Positions 11,237-21,300 of a stretch of 64,000 nucleotides of DNA are shown in pieces. Made by a program: the position numbers and the translations under genes. This stretch comes from a virus (taxonomy: Duplodnaviria > Caudoviricetes), in the IMG/VR virus record IMGVR_UViG_3300027819_000006; one strand, written 5' to 3'. The notes below the pieces were generated by a model. The model saw nothing but the letters and a program-made list of their open reading frames with translations, searched no databases and was not told the origin of the DNA. Position 1 is the first letter of the stretch, and each line of letters begins with the position of its first letter.

Positions 11237-11248
11237 GGAGAATTTGAA

Positions 11249-11968
11249 CTATTTATATTTAATCAGAGGATTAACCTGCTCTACTGTATCTTGTGCATTA
11301 TCTGCTCCAGCAGGTTCTTTATCTTCCAAATTTTCTTTAAACTCGTTGATCACGTCTTGAATGAAGTCATGTCTTGCTTCTCTGTAATTCTTTAAACAGT
11401 CTTCGCACATTACATAACCAGCATATACATCTTCATGTTCAATTCTTGGTTTCTTGTCCAGCATTACAGACTCAATAAAATACTTCACACAACACTGAGG
11501 ATAAGAAAATAAAATTCCCAACCACATCTCTCTTTCATTTGTTCTATCAATTTCATTTAATACTCTATTTGCAGCATGAGCACAGTCTAAATCTTTGATA
11601 CCTGTCCAGATGTCATCAACTATCTTTCCATCGCAGACATCTTTAAAGTACTTTTTATAATCTTTGATCTCAGAATCTTTGAATATCTCAGAACACTTGA
11701 TGTCAGGAGCCAAGAATATCTCAAATAGATGTGTATCCCATTCTTCATCTTCATCTGCTTCATAAAATTCTTCATTCTCTACTGTCTGTAACCCAAACAT
11801 CTTTGCCAATTCCATGATCTCATGCTTCTCATTGTAATAGCAAAATAGTTCTGGAGGATAGTCTTCATCAATAGCTACTTCAGAAGATACTAGAGTGACT
11901 AGCTTGTTGCCATTGAGAACTTTGATGATATTGGTATAGTCAACTTTGTCGATGTAGTCTGTGAACAT
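11249..11968 (-). CDS. Hypothetical protein with GxLFSYPxCCVxxF and CxxC motifs (DUF483-like)
   Basis: LGILFSYPQCCVKYF...YAGYVMCEDC. Confidence 0.45.
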   Translation of the reverse strand: MFTDYIDKVDYTNIIKVLNGNKLVTLVSSEVAIDEDYPPELFCYYNEKHEIMELAKMFGLQTVENEEFYEADEDEEWDTHLFEIFLAPDIKCSEIFKDSEIKDYKKYFKDVCDGKIVDDIWTGIKDLDCAHAANRVLNEIDRTNEREMWLGILFSYPQCCVKYFIESVMLDKKPRIEHEDVYAGYVMCEDCLKNYREARHDFIQDVINEFKENLEDKEPAGADNAQDTVEQVNPLIKYK

Positions 11969-11982
11969 TAGAAAATCCTTTC

Positions 11983-14289
11983 TTATATTGTTGGTTTGTG
12001 AAAAATTAATAGCTTTTCTTCATGAGTCTTTTTAATTTTAGAGAAATGAGAACCTTGAGAAGATATGACAAAAACATCTTTTAATTTAAATCCTACTTGT
12101 TCATATATTTTAATAAAATCATTTGACAATTTATTCGATACTACTAAAATACATAACTGAGGGTCTAAATTTAATTTGCTATAAATGTTAATTGCTGTTT
12201 TTCTGACATATTTATCTAGCCAGTTTTCATATGTTTTATAATTTTCAGCAATATCGTAATCATAAGTTTCTGTATTCCAATATGGAGGACATGTAAATGA
12301 AAAATTTATATCTTTGTTAAGTTCTAAATTTTCAGATTTTTCAGAATACATTTCAACATTTGTATCCTCTAATGTTTTAACTAGCAACTGATTGTTTTTG
12401 AAAGTTTCTGTATCAGGATCTGTGCCAATATAATATGAATTATTAACTACTTTAGAAGACAAGTATCGAGACCCAAACCCCATAGACGGATCATATATGT
12501 ATAACTTATCAAATTTATCTTCATATTCTTTCAAAAATAGTTTATAAACCATAGAAGCTAAATTTGGTTTAAAAAAAGACACTGATTTTTGTTTAACGAT
12601 TAAACCTCTAATTATATTTTTCACAGATATATCAAATGTTTCTTTAGTATTTATAATATCACCATTTCTAAGAGTATAAGAATACATTTTAGAATTATTA
12701 ACTCCACATCTATATATAATACTTTCCATCATGTCTTTATCATTTTCAAACATTTCTATTACTGATTTGCAATTATTTCTTTTACAGTTATAAAAATTAG
12801 CAAAATGATGTTTTAATTCTTTACAACCAAAATTATTATAATTTTTTATTATTTTGTCTTCTATATCTATATATTTTTCTAATTTTGTATTTGAAAATGT
12901 ATTTATATGGTCATTTATAATTTCTCTAGTCATCAATTGTTGTTTATATGGAAATTGTGGAAAAAATGCTCGTACATATTCTAATATAGACGGAGCATAA
13001 TTCATTATTACCTGTCGTTCGTAATCAGTATTTTTAAGTTTAGATTTTAGAAGTTTCTCTTTTGTCATGAATATGTTGTTAATATCCTGTATAATATCTA
13101 AATATGGAGATTGTTTTATTACATTTCCATATTCATCTTGATAATAATAAGATATATCTTCTAGATCTTTTATATCTCTTATGATAAAATTTTCTAATTC
13201 TCTGGTTTTATTGTCTAATATTCTAAATATTTTTCTTTTTATTAGAATAGCTTCTTTGTTTTTTTCATAATCATTTGTAATTCTATTATAGAAAATAGTA
13301 GAATCTTTTATTGGTATATGGAAAATTCCATCAATTTCTACTATACAATTAAATTTCTCTATAATAAAATCCCATCTATTTATTCTGTTAACTCCTTCAT
13401 ATTTTTGTTCTAAAAAATCAATATTAGAGTGTATTAGTATATTTCTAAATCTTTCTTCAGATTTATAACTCTTTTTCCAGATAAAATTTGCATTTACTTT
13501 ATCAATATTTTCCGATTTTAATTTATTTGTATGCTGAGAAGTTATTTGAGCTCTTGGAAATCTAATTTTAAATTCTTCTATAGTAATGTTATGTTTAAGA
13601 TTAAGATGTTTATTATTTATATGAAGAAGTTTTATATTACACAAAGGACATTCTATTCCATATTGTTCTATGAGTTTAAGTTTTTCTATTTCACCAGCTC
13701 TTAAAAATATATTTTCTTTTTCTTTGTCATATTCATTTATATAATCTACTGTATCTATATGATGAAAACTACCCAGATGTGTTCCAAAAGACTCTTTAAG
13801 GGTTTCAATTGAATCAGCAGAAAAATCTTTAGTACATATTTTACATGTGTAGTTGAATTCTTTTTTAATACTATTTAAATATTCTTTTTTGTCTAATATA
13901 TCAAAATATTCTTTTACATTGTTTTCATTTACTTTTATAATTGCGATTTGTATACAATTGTGATTTTTATGTTGAGAAAGAGCTCCACCAACATTGCTGT
14001 CAGATATAAAATCACAATATTTGCATTTCCATAATTGTTCTTTCAATTTCAAAGCTTCACTAGATCTATTTTTTCTATATTCTCTATATTCTTCATCTTT
14101 AAATTTACAACTATTAGAACAATATACTCTGCTACTATGTATTATATTCGGACATATTTTACATTTTATTCCAAATTTCTCTATTTCATAATCATGTAAA
14201 GAAATCAAATGTTTCATAGACATATGATATGATAAAGATTTATTATTAAAACATTCTTTTTTGCAATCATCAAATGGGCATATTTCCAT
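11983..14289 (-). CDS. Multi-zinc-finger + Vsr/DUF559-like endonuclease + amino-DNA methyltransferase fusion
   Basis: Several C2H2/C4 fingers; WDFII...VEIDGIFH...NDYEKN nuclease motif; IYDPSMGFGSR (motif I) and FTCPPYWNTETY (motif IV-like). Confidence 0.7.
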   Translation of the reverse strand: MEICPFDDCKKECFNNKSLSYHMSMKHLISLHDYEIEKFGIKCKICPNIIHSSRVYCSNSCKFKDEEYREYRKNRSSEALKLKEQLWKCKYCDFISDSNVGGALSQHKNHNCIQIAIIKVNENNVKEYFDILDKKEYLNSIKKEFNYTCKICTKDFSADSIETLKESFGTHLGSFHHIDTVDYINEYDKEKENIFLRAGEIEKLKLIEQYGIECPLCNIKLLHINNKHLNLKHNITIEEFKIRFPRAQITSQHTNKLKSENIDKVNANFIWKKSYKSEERFRNILIHSNIDFLEQKYEGVNRINRWDFIIEKFNCIVEIDGIFHIPIKDSTIFYNRITNDYEKNKEAILIKRKIFRILDNKTRELENFIIRDIKDLEDISYYYQDEYGNVIKQSPYLDIIQDINNIFMTKEKLLKSKLKNTDYERQVIMNYAPSILEYVRAFFPQFPYKQQLMTREIINDHINTFSNTKLEKYIDIEDKIIKNYNNFGCKELKHHFANFYNCKRNNCKSVIEMFENDKDMMESIIYRCGVNNSKMYSYTLRNGDIINTKETFDISVKNIIRGLIVKQKSVSFFKPNLASMVYKLFLKEYEDKFDKLYIYDPSMGFGSRYLSSKVVNNSYYIGTDPDTETFKNNQLLVKTLEDTNVEMYSEKSENLELNKDINFSFTCPPYWNTETYDYDIAENYKTYENWLDKYVRKTAINIYSKLNLDPQLCILVVSNKLSNDFIKIYEQVGFKLKDVFVISSQGSHFSKIKKTHEEKLLIFHKPTI

Positions 14290-14389
14290 AATATTTTATC
14301 CTCCAAATAGGTTGATTATTATATTTACTATTTAATAAATATATTTAAGTTTATAAATTGTAATCCTTATTTAAGGATAAAATATTATA
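14288..14389 (-). promoter_or_regulatory. 14-bp inverted repeat sequestering the RBS and start of the 768-aa gene
   Basis: Plus-strand TAATATTTTATCCT (~14289-14302) and AGGATAAAATATTA (~14374-14387). Confidence 0.7.
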
Positions 14390-14403
14390 AATTTGTGTAT
14401 AAA

Positions 14404-14435
14404 AATATAGGGCCATATAAAAATATGACCCTATA
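14404..14435 (-). terminator. Intrinsic terminator after the major capsid gene
   Basis: ATAGGGTCATA-loop-TATGGCCCTAT followed by a T-run on the minus strand. Confidence 0.75.
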
Positions 14436-14457
14436 AATTGATATAACTTATTATTTA

Positions 14458-16197
14458 TTATACACTTGAGGGTGAACCTAAAAATCCGAGATCCGACACT
14501 GTAACTGTCCCATAATAGTCTGCTCTGACCATGGCTAGAGCCGATCTTTGCATAACGCCTTTCCGTGGAGTAAAGTCATTTGGCTCGAATATTGTCGGTG
14601 TAACAATTAACGGTACATAGGGTGCATATACGAATCCTGCATCTAGTGCTCCCGAACCCTTATACCCTAACAGAATCTTATTGACTGGGAAATAAGGATC
14701 TTTGTATACAGTAAATCTATTTACAAGTGTTCCAACTTTCTCAATACCAAGACTATATTGAACCTCTGAAGGGTCAAATGTAGCATTTGGTTTGAATGTA
14801 GCAATGCTTTCAATAATTGAGCAGACATCTGGAGATGTTACCATCCAGTTTGCACCTGATCTCATATTTCTCTTGTGGATCTCATTGCTTACAGTTGTAA
14901 CAGTTTCGCCTAATGTTTGATACCATTCTTGCTGAGTTCCGAAGAATGCTTGATAGGTGAATGATGTATTTGCAGAACCAGCAGGAATTACTGTAGAAAC
15001 TACATCATTAGCATTCCATTTTACATATCTACCGATAACTCTTGACCATGCAGCTCTTACTGCGGCACCTGAAAGTAGCATTGCAAGAATATTTCTGTCT
15101 ATTTCTGTGGTGATTACTTCAGATAGAATTGTTGTCAATTCTACTTCTGCATCAAGAGCATGATAGGCATTTAGATCTTGTGCTAGTTCAGGAGTCCAGA
15201 TAGCTTTTAGTTTTCTTGTCTCAGCATTTACAGCAATTGAAGAAACTGATATATTGATTTCTGGAATTGCAGATGTTGATTCAAAATCACCTAAACTATT
15301 TGAGCCAGAGTCTACTGACACAACAGTTCTTCCTGGACCAACTATTACTCCTGCAGTTACTGAACCGTCAGACCATGATTTGTCTGGTCCTGGCCAGTTT
15401 GCATTAGGTCTCTTTAAGAATACTTGGATTAGAGCTCCTGTTAGTACAGTCATTGTATGATCCATGTCTCCGAAGAAAGATCCACCTGTTAGTGAGTGCA
15501 GAGCTCTTAGAGTTCTGAATGTTTTTGTACCATCTTCATTTAGCTCACCAGATGCAGCACCTCTGATTTCCATAAGAGAACCAATATCTGTTGCAGCTGA
15601 AGAAGCTAGTGTAAAGTTATAGCCTGAAACAGTTACAGAACCTAACATTTCTGAAGTAGCTGTTACACCAGAGTATGTAGGAGCTGCTGTAGATAGAAGA
15701 AACATTCTTTTTGAATAACCAGTTTGCATGTTGTAGAATCCACCGGATGCGTTCTGTTCACCTACGGCATGTAACTGTGCATTATTATTTGGAGGACCAT
15801 TTTCAAAGTTACCATAGACAGATCCACCACCAGTGAATCCTGCTCTTGTACGATCAAATTTGAAATCAAGATAGAAAATCAAACCTGATGGCAAGCTCAT
15901 CGGTTGTACAGATACTAGTTCGTTGGCTAATAGCTGTCCGAATACTCTTCTTACTAGTGGGAATGCAATCTTTTGAAAGTTTGCGATATCTCCAACTTGC
16001 GAAGCAGATTCGTTCATGGTTCTTCTTAGTTCAATTGCTTGGTTTTCAAGCAATCTTGCCATAATAGGAACTTTGTTGTCAGGTAGCTTTTTTAGCAGTC
16101 CTGTTCTTGACCATTTGGCAACGAGTCTTTTTGCTTCCTCGTTCATGTTTCTTTCATGATGGTCTCTAGTCATTTCTAGAATAAGTTTGTCGTTCAT
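14458..16197 (-). CDS. Major capsid protein (T4 gp23-like)
   Basis: LVSVQPMSLPSGLIFYLDF, ETRKLKAIWTPELAQDLNAYHALDAEVEL and AGFVYAPYVPL...FTPRKGVMQR. Confidence 0.95.
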   Translation of the reverse strand: MNDKLILEMTRDHHERNMNEEAKRLVAKWSRTGLLKKLPDNKVPIMARLLENQAIELRRTMNESASQVGDIANFQKIAFPLVRRVFGQLLANELVSVQPMSLPSGLIFYLDFKFDRTRAGFTGGGSVYGNFENGPPNNNAQLHAVGEQNASGGFYNMQTGYSKRMFLLSTAAPTYSGVTATSEMLGSVTVSGYNFTLASSAATDIGSLMEIRGAASGELNEDGTKTFRTLRALHSLTGGSFFGDMDHTMTVLTGALIQVFLKRPNANWPGPDKSWSDGSVTAGVIVGPGRTVVSVDSGSNSLGDFESTSAIPEINISVSSIAVNAETRKLKAIWTPELAQDLNAYHALDAEVELTTILSEVITTEIDRNILAMLLSGAAVRAAWSRVIGRYVKWNANDVVSTVIPAGSANTSFTYQAFFGTQQEWYQTLGETVTTVSNEIHKRNMRSGANWMVTSPDVCSIIESIATFKPNATFDPSEVQYSLGIEKVGTLVNRFTVYKDPYFPVNKILLGYKGSGALDAGFVYAPYVPLIVTPTIFEPNDFTPRKGVMQRSALAMVRADYYGTVTVSDLGFLGSPSSV

Positions 16198-16241
16198 TTG
16201 TTGCTGTCTCCTGAGTTTATTTTAGTCTCCCTTTATTTAGA

Positions 16242-17081
16242 CTAAAGTTGTTTATGTACTGCTTTTTGAAGTGTTTTACCTATTTCTTCTAAATGCTCGC
16301 CTATTTCTAAAATATATTCTGCATCTTCCTCGCTTATTGAGCTAACTTGTTGAAAATACATATCAAAACCTATAATATCTTTATCTATTTCCATCAGTTT
16401 TTGAAGTTTATTTTTGGTTGTGACAGAACTTTCATTTTCTAAAAGTTGGTTAGATTTTATTTCTTCTTTAATCAATTTTCTTAGTTGTTTTATAGTCATT
16501 GAAATTGAAATTTCCTTATTCAGACTAAAGTTGTTTTTGTTTATTTTAGTAAATTCTTTACTTTGATTTTGAAATTATTACCTTTTGATACTTCTTTTAT
16601 TAAATCTGTTATTTGCTCTGCTGCATAATTAGATGCAGCTCCTGGAGTATATACATTTTTACCAACATCTCTTGCTAACATTTCGTGAAGAATTAGAGCA
16701 ACATTTTCTAATGCTATGTCTAAATCATCAAATATTTTTGTGCTTATTTCTTCTTTAATAATTTTTTTCAATTCTGTTTTTGTTATAGTCATTGTATCTC
16801 TATTTATTAAAATGGCTTGTATATCTTTTAAGAAAAGATATTGCACCATTCCCTACTTTGTAATTAGTTTTAAATTGTTCAAACATATGGCTTAATACAG
16901 AAAACATTAATTCATCTCTTTTATCGCCATCTTGTATTTTTGGAATATTAATTTTTAAAGCTTTTACAAATTCATCAGCTTTTTCATTAATTATATCAGA
17001 AACTCCAGCTTCCCAGCTTTCATTGCCAGGTTCTTTACCAAGCTCTTCTTTAATCAATTTTCTTAGTTGTTTTATAGTCAT
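16242..17081 (-). other. Three small leader-bearing ORFs (16242-16499, 16541-16792, 16800-17081)
   Basis: N-termini MTIKQLRKLIKEEIK, MTITKTELKKIIKEEIS and MTIKQLRKLIKEELG. Confidence 0.8.
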
Positions 17082-17087
17082 TGAAAT
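16462..17087. repeat. Identical 44-bp direct repeat (16462-16505 and 17044-17087)
   Basis: tcttctttaatcaattttcttagttgttttatagtcattgaaat in both places; it covers the start codon and the leader codons. Confidence 0.9.
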
Positions 17088-17100
17088 CTCTTTTGTTTTA

Positions 17101-17142
17101 GAATGTTTGAGCAGTAGTTTTTTAAAGTACTGCTCAAGTTTG
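17101..17142 (-). terminator. Hairpin after the scaffold gene (terminator or RNA stabiliser)
   Basis: TTGAGCAGTA...TACTGCTCAA stem. Confidence 0.55.
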
Positions 17143-17149
17143 ATTCACT

Positions 17150-18208
17150 TTATTTAATCCCTGCCAATTCTTCTAGTCTAGAACCTTCAGATTGTCTGTC
17201 TTCATTCATTTGAGATCTTGTTGACTGTACATTTCTTGAAACTTTTTTGTCTCTTCTTACTGCTGGTCTTACAGAAGCAATACCTTCTTTCAGTGCACTG
17301 TATACTTTCTTCACTTCTAGAATTGTAGAAGCCTCATCAAATCTGTCAATTACTCTTTCTTGTTGTTTTCTGCTCATGGGAGTAGCTTTCAGAAGTTTTG
17401 TAGCATATACAAGTCTTGCATTGAATAGGTTGACCTCATCAATTCTTTTCTTTAGAATTGTCAGAGCTCTTTTGTGTTCAGATAAACTTCTTTTCATCTT
17501 TCTGCTGTTTCTGTATTCTAGTCTTAGTTTTCTGCGAAGAGATTCTTCAACCTTGTCTTCTTCCTCTTCATCATCCTCATCTTTGGTTTCAGATACTGGA
17601 TGTGGTCGCGGTTTGTTTCTACCTCTTCTGCATCTTTCTTCTAGCTCTTCTTTGTCGTCATCATCATCTACAACTTCAATGACTTCATCGTCCTCATCTT
17701 CATCATCCTTTGCTTCATCCATGTCTTCTTCATCATCATCTACTTCCATCATCTCATCAAGATCATCTTCATCTTCGTCTTTTGCCTCTTCCATATCCTC
17801 ATCTTCCTCATCGTCAACTTCTAAAGTAAGAGCTTCATCCATGTCGTCTTCATCATCTTCTTCGTCTTTGTCTTCTGTAACTTCTACTTCGTCATCATCT
17901 TCATCGTCTACAGAAGCTTCCACTACATGATAAGGACCTGGATCACCGTCACCTTCTTTTGAAAGATGTTCTTGAGCTTCTGCATCTTCAGGATCACCAT
18001 CTTTTGGATTTTTTCTCTTCTGCTCGCCATCTGCATCATAACCCTTAGGTTGGTCTGCATTAATAGCAAGTTCTTCATTGATAGTTCTTGATAGTTTTGA
18101 TTGAAGTTGGCTTTTCATAGCTTCGGCTAAAGTTGATTTAGCTGATTCTAGAGCTACTTCTTTCATTTTCTTTGCTGATCTGATTGCATCTTTTACGATA
18201 TCTGCCAT
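17150..18208 (-). CDS. Prohead scaffold/core protein
   Basis: Very acidic D/E-rich middle and conserved EVNLFNARLVYATKL...VKKVYSAL C-terminus; lies upstream of the MCP. Confidence 0.8.
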   Translation of the reverse strand: MADIVKDAIRSAKKMKEVALESAKSTLAEAMKSQLQSKLSRTINEELAINADQPKGYDADGEQKRKNPKDGDPEDAEAQEHLSKEGDGDPGPYHVVEASVDDEDDDEVEVTEDKDEEDDEDDMDEALTLEVDDEEDEDMEEAKDEDEDDLDEMMEVDDDEEDMDEAKDDEDEDDEVIEVVDDDDDKEELEERCRRGRNKPRPHPVSETKDEDDEEEEDKVEESLRRKLRLEYRNSRKMKRSLSEHKRALTILKKRIDEVNLFNARLVYATKLLKATPMSRKQQERVIDRFDEASTILEVKKVYSALKEGIASVRPAVRRDKKVSRNVQSTRSQMNEDRQSEGSRLEELAGIK

Positions 18209-18310
18209 CTGTTAAATCTCCATTTGTTTTTGTTTAAATTGTTATACTTGAAACAGTTACATTTTCATAATATAAATATACATGAATTTTAAGAAAAGAC
18301 ATTTTATAGT

Positions 18311-21300
18311 TTAAAATTTATTATCTGGATGGTTTATTTTAATATTCAAAAATCCTTCTAATTTATCCATAGATTCTACTGCGGTTTTATAAAATTTGTC
18401 TGCTGTAGATCTATCATTTGGACCAAGTTTAGCAACAAAGTCTTCTATCAAATCATAATATTCGTTTTTTACATCTTCTAATCTGTCATAAAGTGTATAT
18501 TCTTTTAAAACTTTCTTTGATTTGTTCAACTCTTCTTTTATCAGCTCTCTCAGTTCTTTTTTTTGTCATTATTCTATTCTCCATTAATTATTATTGTTGC
18601 CACAGTTCCCAAATATTTTACTTTGATCTGAATATCGTCATAGTACCGTAATAATTTATTTCTCATCAATTTTGTCAAATCTTTCATAAAGCTCAAATCT
18701 GATTTAGATCTTGTCTTCTGTTTCTGTTCTTTAAAATCTATTATATAATCATCACACAACCACATGCCTTTGTTGAATGCTGGCATATCTGTTTTGAATT
18801 TTACAATTTTCTTTTTAGGTGCATTATAAACATGTCTCTTCCAACTCTTTACTTTTTTGAATGCTTCTATAGCTTGTACTAATTTGAATTGAACTAATTT
18901 TCTAATTATTCCTCTATGTATTGGCTTGAAGTCATTTCTGTGAAAGTAGAAAGATAGTTCTATATTAGCATCGCTACTACCAAAATATTTAGTACGCACC
19001 TCGATGTGAAAAGGAACATTTATGTCCGATAACTGAAAATCTTCTTTGTCACCTTTTCTGTCAAGAAATAAATCTCTTTTTGCTTCTGATAAATTGATCA
19101 CATTAGTTCTCTGCCATCTGATGTTTTACGTCTTCTTCTTTTTAGTCTTCTTTTCTGAGATTTTGTAAGGTAAAAATCTGATTTACGTATTTCTTGCATG
19201 CGCCCCTCAAACTTCATCTGTCTTTTAAATCTTTTCAGCAATCCTTCTGCTGATTCATTGTCATATGCTTTTATGTATAAGCTCATTTAGTTCTTTCTAT
19301 TGTTTCTTTTTTGGACCATACATCGCATTTGAGATCGCGAATGGATTTGTAGGTTTGGTTTGGCCTGTCTTTTTATCTTTATATGTCTTTGGTATTTGTC
19401 CAGTCTGTACTCCTTTTTTGATTCCTTTTATCATTTTTTCTCTGTCAGCTTCTACATCTTCAGATATTTCTGTATCGCATTCTTCTACAGCATGAGTATG
19501 ATGCATTGCATTTTCCTGAATAAAAGTTTTTATTTCTTCATCTGATATTCCTTGTCTAATTTTTTTATTGAATGCAATTTTTACCATGTTTAGAAGCTCA
19601 TCTTTATCTAATATCCCATTTTCCATATGTAAAGCTATAAATTGAGATATGGCTGATTCTGCCATTTTTCTGAGATTGGGAGATGTAGCTTCTGCAATAG
19701 ATATTTTCGATACTTCTTCTTTTATAATTTGTTTTAATTGTTTTATTGTCATTCATATTTCTCTTAATTAAATTTGAACTTGCTTAATGCTTCACATATT
19801 TCTAGTATTTTATCATTCGAATATCCCTTGAGAAATCCGTGCAAATCAATCCAATTACCAGGTCCACCCATAGCATTTGGCGTGATTTTAATGTAACTAT
19901 TTATTCCCAATTTTATAATAACTTCTCCTTTTTCTTTGTATCTGTTTTCATCTACTTTAAATCCCAAAGATGCAAAATGTTCAATAGTATCTGATATTTT
20001 TGCTTCGTCTTTATCTTTTTCTAGAGCATTTATACCAGCTTGATCACCAGCTTTATATAGCTCTTTTTCTTTATTTTTAAGATTTTCTTGTCTAGGTCCA
20101 TTTACAGAAAAATTTACATATTCTTTGAGATTTTTCTTCAATTCTTGTCTTATAGTTTCTCTTAATTGCTTTATTGTCATTCTATTTATCCAAGCTTGCG
20201 ATCAACACATTAGCTTCTTTTTTAACAGCGTCCATAGCTTTTTCTGCTACTCTTGACATTTTTACAAGATTTGCAACTTTGATCCTAAACTCTTTCAAAT
20301 TGTCTGGATCCATTTTCTCTATCTTTTCTGCTATAGCACTCTGAGAAGATCCCACATACCAGTATCCGCTTTTGCTAGTGAGAAGATTAGCTATATTATT
20401 AAATTGTTTTAACCAAGCTTGCCAAGTATTTGCTACTTTTTTAGCTTCTTCTTTGCTCAATCCTTTTGTTTCTAGTCCTGGATCTTTATAAATAGCTTCT
20501 TGTATCATTTTCTTTAATTCTGATCTTGTTATCTGCATTACTTTATTCTCCATAGTTTGTTTGTTTTCTAATTGTATCCATTCAGGTTTCACTCTTATCA
20601 CATCATTACTACCTTCAAAATTTATAAGAGTAGGATCATTATCTACTAGATAAGCTTGTCCATTTCTACTCATATTTTGCAATTGTTGAGGTGCTTTTGC
20701 TGTAATCATAACTTGTCTTTCATTTCTCTTTCGATAATCTTCTCTTCTTCTAAATTGCATTTCTTTAATCTCTTCTGTCTCATATATGTCTAGAAGTCCA
20801 GGTTCGTAGTAGACGTACTTTTTCTTCTTTTTCATCATGTTTGTTTGTCAAATAAAATCACAGAATATACTAGTTTTTTATCAAGTAATATTTCTCCTAA
20901 TCCTTTATTTGTTTCTTTTACTACTAATGTTTTTCTATTCACTTTCAATATTTCACCAAAAGAACCATCCATACCTCCTCGAACTGGTATTCCAAATGTA
21001 ACTCTAGTTCCAACTTGATAGTCAAAATTTAATTTATCTTGAACAGAATTAAGTTTAGTTTCATCAATTCCATGATCTTTTGGATTATATTCTTTCAAGC
21101 TTTTAACTTCTTCTTTAATCAGTAATTTAAGTTCTTTTATTGTCATTTTATATTCCTCATTCTAAATAGCGGCTAAAATCTATATTTTCAGGATCTATTT
21201 TTCCAGTAGCTACATCTTCTGCTTTAATTTCTGATACATCTACTACTGGTGTAGACAGTATTCTATTTTCTCTTTCTAATATTTTATTATTTATTCTTTC

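Noticed and set aside
17247-17930. 227-aa Ser-rich plus-strand ORF (and the other plus-strand ORFs in the track)
   Set aside because: These are antisense shadows of minus-strand genes (GAT/GAA codons read as Ser on the other strand); they have no RBSs or family motifs.
18271-18278. T4-type late promoter TATAAATA on the plus strand
   Set aside because: Wrong orientation for all neighbouring genes; treated instead as the reverse complement of a minus-strand motif.
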